A stretch of DNA of 57,327 nucleotides from a virus. Taxonomy: Duplodnaviria; Caudoviricetes. Position 1 is the first letter of the stretch, and each line of letters begins with the position of its first letter. This document shows positions 53,725-57,327 of the stretch, in pieces. The notes below the pieces were generated by a model, which worked only from the letters and a program-made list of their open reading frames with translations, did not search any database and was not told where the DNA came from. Position numbers and translations under genes: made by a program. The stretch spans positions 1 through 57,327 of IMG/VR virus record IMGVR_UViG_3300002145_000154; one strand, written 5' to 3'.

Positions 53725-54168
53725 TTAGATTTGCCTGAGGTTGATCAGACAGTTAAAAGAAAACAACAACCGCCGATTGCCGGGCTCGTGCCCAAGATTG
53801 GCGACGTCTTCCGAACGTGAGATGCTGTGGATCAAGTAATCCACTCCACTGTGTGTAACAATCTCCTGATAGACTTCTTTATCAAGAAGTTGTTGGATGC
53901 CTTTTGCTTTGGTATATCCTGCTTCAGTGTCTGTGTGACGAATAACAACCCTACAGCCATGTTTCTCTTGAACTTCTCCGTCGTTCATAGTGCGACCCTC
54001 GACTTTTCCGGTCGAGTTGAACACTACAATTAGATTGTCAGGATTTTCTGGTTTCTTGTCAGCATAGACCGGCCAGGTTAGATCGTCATCTGGATCAGTT
54101 CCCTGTCCGAAAGCTATGAGTAGTTCTCTGAGAACTTGAGCAGGAGAGTGAGTTAGGGTTCCACTCAT
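53725..54168 (-). CDS. tail terminator/completion protein
   Basis: Synteny; PENPDNLIVV, G..KA..I...LD, FSFN. Confidence 0.7.
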   Translation of the reverse strand: MSGTLTHSPAQVLRELLIAFGQGTDPDDDLTWPVYADKKPENPDNLIVVFNSTGKVEGRTMNDGEVQEKHGCRVVIRHTDTEAGYTKAKGIQQLLDKEVYQEIVTHSGVDYLIHSISRSEDVANLGHEPGNRRLLFSFNCLINLRQI

Positions 54169-54635
54169 TTCTTCCTCCCTTTCTTCGTTTTCTTACTCTG
54201 TTTCGCCTTTGTTCGAGATTTCAAGGTGCGGGCTCTTATTGTCTCTGCGTTGCTATAGGCTTTTGCAGCGGCAGCCTCAACATTTGCTGTCAGGTCAGTG
54301 AACGCACTAGCCTTCAAAGCTCCAGTATCTACTGGTGTTCTGTTTTGAGACTCTCTCTGAATTCGTAAGCCACCAAGGAGAAGAGCTTGTTCTAGTGTTG
54401 CACCGTTTCTATAAGCAGTAACGATGTTGTCTCTCATAGAAGCTTCCACTGCTTTGACAGCTTTCAAGAGATATTCAACTTCCCCTACCACGTGGTTCGC
54501 CGGGATTTCATGGACATACAGAGCATAATTTTGCGTGTGCCCAACTGTCACACTGGCTTGTGAAGCTATCCTTCCTTTCTTAACAAGCTCATCGAACTTG
54601 CCCTTGAGTTGTGAAGCTCCTGTGAGAATTGGCAT
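54165..54635 (-). CDS. HK97 gp10-like neck/tail-completion protein
   Basis: NYALYVHE, TPVDTGALKAS; basic tail. Confidence 0.7.
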   Translation of the reverse strand: MPILTGASQLKGKFDELVKKGRIASQASVTVGHTQNYALYVHEIPANHVVGEVEYLLKAVKAVEASMRDNIVTAYRNGATLEQALLLGGLRIQRESQNRTPVDTGALKASAFTDLTANVEAAAAKAYSNAETIRARTLKSRTKAKQSKKTKKGRKK

Positions 54636-55001
54636 TTAGACCACCGTTGGTAATTGGTCTGAGAACTTAGAAAGAGAAGCGTCGTACCTTGTGTTTCTGT
54701 TTTTGATGTCTGGTGTCTTGTTGAGAGCAACAACGACCAGAAGATCAGTCGGTTCGGCAGGAAGATCGGCAAGAGCACCTTCCCATACAATACTTCCTAT
54801 CGGAACTGCTTGATTCAGAACTAATGTTCCGTTGACTGAGATGGTTTTTCCGTCCTGTTCGAACGAATCGTTCAGTCCTGTCACAAGTCTTGCTGAAAGT
54901 TCCTCTCCTGCTGACACTGTGTCAAAACCATTGCGATCAGTCCCGTTAGCACGGAACAGAACAATCTTTTGAAGTAGACCGATTGTTTCAATCGGAGGCA
55001 T
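54636..55001 (-). CDS. head closure protein
   Basis: Synteny; DRNG...PDIK pattern; 121 aa. Confidence 0.6.
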   Translation of the reverse strand: MPPIETIGLLQKIVLFRANGTDRNGFDTVSAGEELSARLVTGLNDSFEQDGKTISVNGTLVLNQAVPIGSIVWEGALADLPAEPTDLLVVVALNKTPDIKNRNTRYDASLSKFSDQLPTVV

Positions 55002-55426
55002 CAGTTCCTCTCCTGGTATGTCGATTTGTTAGGGGCAGTTTTCCCAAGCCAGTGCATTTCAACGACACCGGCACTGTCGTCCATACCCGCTAGAATGCCT
55101 GTTGGGTCTAATCGTTTTGCTGCTTGACCATATTGTGTCGAGTCAAGTCCCATGCCTGACTGACCCTGAAAGGAACCTGAGGCTCCTGCCGTCGATTTGC
55201 TGGTGAGCAGTTGGTCGGCATGAGCGTAGTAGTGAGCTGAAAGCCATCGCTCTATGATTTCAAGGAGTGTTGCATTGATTGTTAGACTTCGACTGGATGC
55301 CTTTGTTACTAATGCATCGACCATGGCTGATGCTGTGTCGATGAATGGCGTCAGAGAAGGACTTGCTGCTGTGTCGTAGTTTGTCAGGAGGATTCCCTTG
55401 ACGTTGTCTGATGTGGTTCTAGCCAT
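55001..55426 (-). CDS. head-tail adaptor protein
   Basis: PFIDTA...IERWLSAHY...LDSTQYGQ.A..LDPTG.L; start reassigned to ATG 55426. Confidence 0.7.
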   Translation of the reverse strand: MARTTSDNVKGILLTNYDTAASPSLTPFIDTASAMVDALVTKASSRSLTINATLLEIIERWLSAHYYAHADQLLTSKSTAGASGSFQGQSGMGLDSTQYGQAAKRLDPTGILAGMDDSAGVVEMHWLGKTAPNKSTYQERN

Positions 55427-55815
55427 TAGTTGTTTCTGTCCACTTCCAAGACACGTGCCTGTCCCAATTGAGACAAAAAGATGGTAGACCCTACATTGGA
55501 TACAATCTTCAGCCAATGGTAGGGAGACATTGCAATTTCAACTGGAATCGGGTAGATACCTGCTGTGGTGCCAATGGTCAAAGTACAGGTTTCAAACGAA
55601 GTGAAGTCTGTGTCAGAAGAAGTTCTTCTTTTGTAGGGAACGTACGTTGCGTCTCTTGTCGTAGCACCATAGAAAGTCAGAACTAAGGAACTCTCAGGAT
55701 TTTCTTCTACGAGAATCGAAAGTTCTGCTCCGGTCTTTTTGATTGCTGGTGTGTTCTCTAAAGACGTTTCCACGTCATAGTTGTCATAGAACTGCCCATA
55801 AGAGATTTCACCCAT
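55426..55815 (-). CDS. hypothetical virion-region protein
   Basis: Beta-rich 129 aa; coupled stop/start. Confidence 0.55.
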   Translation of the reverse strand: MGEISYGQFYDNYDVETSLENTPAIKKTGAELSILVEENPESSLVLTFYGATTRDATYVPYKRRTSSDTDFTSFETCTLTIGTTAGIYPIPVEIAMSPYHWLKIVSNVGSTIFLSQLGQARVLEVDRNN

Positions 55816-55993
55816 TTCGATCTTCCCGACGATTGGTGGTGAGAAGCAGAAGGTGTCTACTTCTTAACCAAGGAGTTCTTCTACTTGTTGTCTCTTCTAC
55901 TGAAGAGGAACCAGCTCTGATCAGGATTTGCGATCCTCGTGTTGTGATCAGAGTGTTGTTTGTGTGAGCAAGTCTCAAGGTGATTTGTGTCAT
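55808..55993 (-). CDS. hypothetical protein
   Basis: Fills the gap with an 8-nt overlap. Confidence 0.4.
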   Translation of the reverse strand: MTQITLRLAHTNNTLITTRGSQILIRAGSSSVEETTSRRTPWLRSRHLLLLTTNRREDRNG

Positions 55994-55995
55994 GT

Positions 55996-56943
55996 TTACA
56001 AGCTCGGAAGAACAGTTTCATCTTGGTAGATTTTGCCTGAACCTATTCTTTCTAGAATCACATTGTCCCAAGAATCCCTGATTGTGGGACCAACCACATG
56101 TGGCACAAAACCACTATTGATGTATCCTGAGACAGTGAACGGGGAGGAAGTTGTGAGTAAGTATTCCCCGTTGAGTACTTCATTGATCGAAGCCTCTGTC
56201 TCGTCTGCCAGAATATTGTCTCTGAAATATGCTTCTACAACAACATCTGAACCATTGACGACTTCAATTTCAGAACATCGAGTTTTCTTGCATCGTATGA
56301 ACCTGTTGTTGACCACATCAATTTGGAACGATTGACTGAGGGGTTTCAATCCCAAAGTCATCGTGTGGCCAGTCTCAATAAGATTGTTAAGCACCGTGCT
56401 AGGATTCACGTTGGCTCGTAGTCGATTCCCTGAAATCTGAGGAACTCGCCTGTCACATGCGAGCAGCATCGAGTTTCTTAGAATGAATCCGTCACAATCT
56501 ACCATCAGAGCCATTTCGTGATTTCGACCTGCATGAAAGCAAGCACCAATCACTGAGTTTTCAATCGCACAGTCGGAGCAGTCTCCAGTGATAGCCACCG
56601 TTTCGTCAGCACCGCCATAGATAGAACAGTGGGAGATGCAAAACTTGCTGACATTAACTGCCTTGACCGCATCCAGGGATGCGAGGTCTGAAACTGTTCT
56701 GCCATCAACAGGACATCGGATAGATAGGTTGGTTAAGAGAATGCGAGAACTGTCAGAGAAGATCACAGGACCGATAACCTGAACAAGTCCTTCTCCGAAA
56801 ATCCTCTTGTTATGGATACTTGAAAATGCTGTACCTCTAGGAAGCACATATTTCCCTGTTTGGATAATCACTTCCGTGACCATTGGACTTTCAATGGCTG
56901 TGATCAGTTCAATGACTGTGTTGACTGTCGTTGTAAGTCCCAC
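55996..56943 (-). CDS. pectate-lyase-like beta-helix protein
   Basis: NLSIR...DAV....FCISHCS...GADE (cf. WIDHCS..DE), RR.P, Asn ladders. Confidence 0.7.
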   Translation of the reverse strand: MGLTTTVNTVIELITAIESPMVTEVIIQTGKYVLPRGTAFSSIHNKRIFGEGLVQVIGPVIFSDSSRILLTNLSIRCPVDGRTVSDLASLDAVKAVNVSKFCISHCSIYGGADETVAITGDCSDCAIENSVIGACFHAGRNHEMALMVDCDGFILRNSMLLACDRRVPQISGNRLRANVNPSTVLNNLIETGHTMTLGLKPLSQSFQIDVVNNRFIRCKKTRCSEIEVVNGSDVVVEAYFRDNILADETEASINEVLNGEYLLTTSSPFTVSGYINSGFVPHVVGPTIRDSWDNVILERIGSGKIYQDETVLPSL

Positions 56944-56953
56944 TTGTTGTCCC

Positions 56954-57327
56954 CTAGAGAAAAGTCATGATTTTAGATTTAGGAGCCAATGGATCAGCAA
57001 CGACTTCAAGATAGGGATCTGACGCCGTGCCTGATGTCTCTGCCATTTTCATCGTGAGTGAAGACTTCCACCCGGATGACCACGATGGTTCGGCGTCGTC
57101 CAGATCAAAGTCCAGGATGACTCCGAATTTTGAGATCCCCTCGACGTCTACTGCTGCCAGCCCTGAGGCATTTAACGCCCACGTCAGAGTACCAGTCCAG
57201 GATGAATCAGGAATATCAGTATCACAAAAACGAGTTGTCCCGAAATTTGAGTAGTCGCTAGTCGCCAATGCCGTATTTGATGCTGGACTGAATGCACACA
57301 ACGCCAGTGATCCATCACTACCGACGG
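56954..57327 (-). CDS. partial virion-region protein (5' end outside the window)
   Basis: Frame stays open to the window edge; Ser/Thr/Asp-rich, DPYLEV end. Confidence 0.55.
   Translation of the reverse strand, partial: VGSDGSLALCAFSPASNTALATSDYSNFGTTRFCDTDIPDSSWTGTLTWALNASGLAAVDVEGISKFGVILDFDLDDAEPSWSSGWKSSLTMKMAETSGTASDPYLEVVADPLAPKSKIMTFL

Noticed and set aside
1-57327. Stop-codon reassignment, tRNA/rRNA genes, DGR or retron
   Set aside because: Conserved genes are intact under the standard code and end in all three stops; no cloverleaf, rRNA or reverse-transcriptase motif was recognised by eye. tRNAscan was not run.

Overview
This 57-kb window is part of a tailed dsDNA phage genome (siphovirus-like: tape measure, tail tube, frameshifted tail chaperone). 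The host is inferred, not shown, to be a planctomycete-like bacterium. Layout from left to right: (1) ~1-3 kb, small genes separated by repeated ~90-bp attC-like elements, with no integrase in the window. (2) ~3-30 kb, minus strand: replication and recombination genes (AAA+ helicase, DnaG-like primase, family A DNA polymerase, Dda/RecD-like helicase, SSB-like protein, Sak4-like ATPase, PD-(D/E)XK nuclease, UDG, EndoVII). This arm also carries a thymidine-hypermodification system: thymidylate-synthase-fold dUMP hydroxymethylase, P-loop 5hmdU-DNA kinase, two aGPT-Pplase transferases, a sulfotransferase-like protein, a TAGT-like glycosyltransferase, myo-inositol-1-phosphate synthase and a HAD phosphatase. 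(3) Plus-strand early-type blocks (13.0-14.6 kb and 30.3-37.9 kb) behind a thrice-repeated promoter/operator. (4) 38-45 kb, a nine-gene glycan-tailoring cluster downstream of the tail genes. (5) 45-57 kb, tail and neck genes plus a pectate-lyase-like protein. The best candidate for an undescribed system is an inositol-based, possibly glycosylated or sulfated, thymidine hypermodification. All family calls come from motif recognition by eye; no database search was run.
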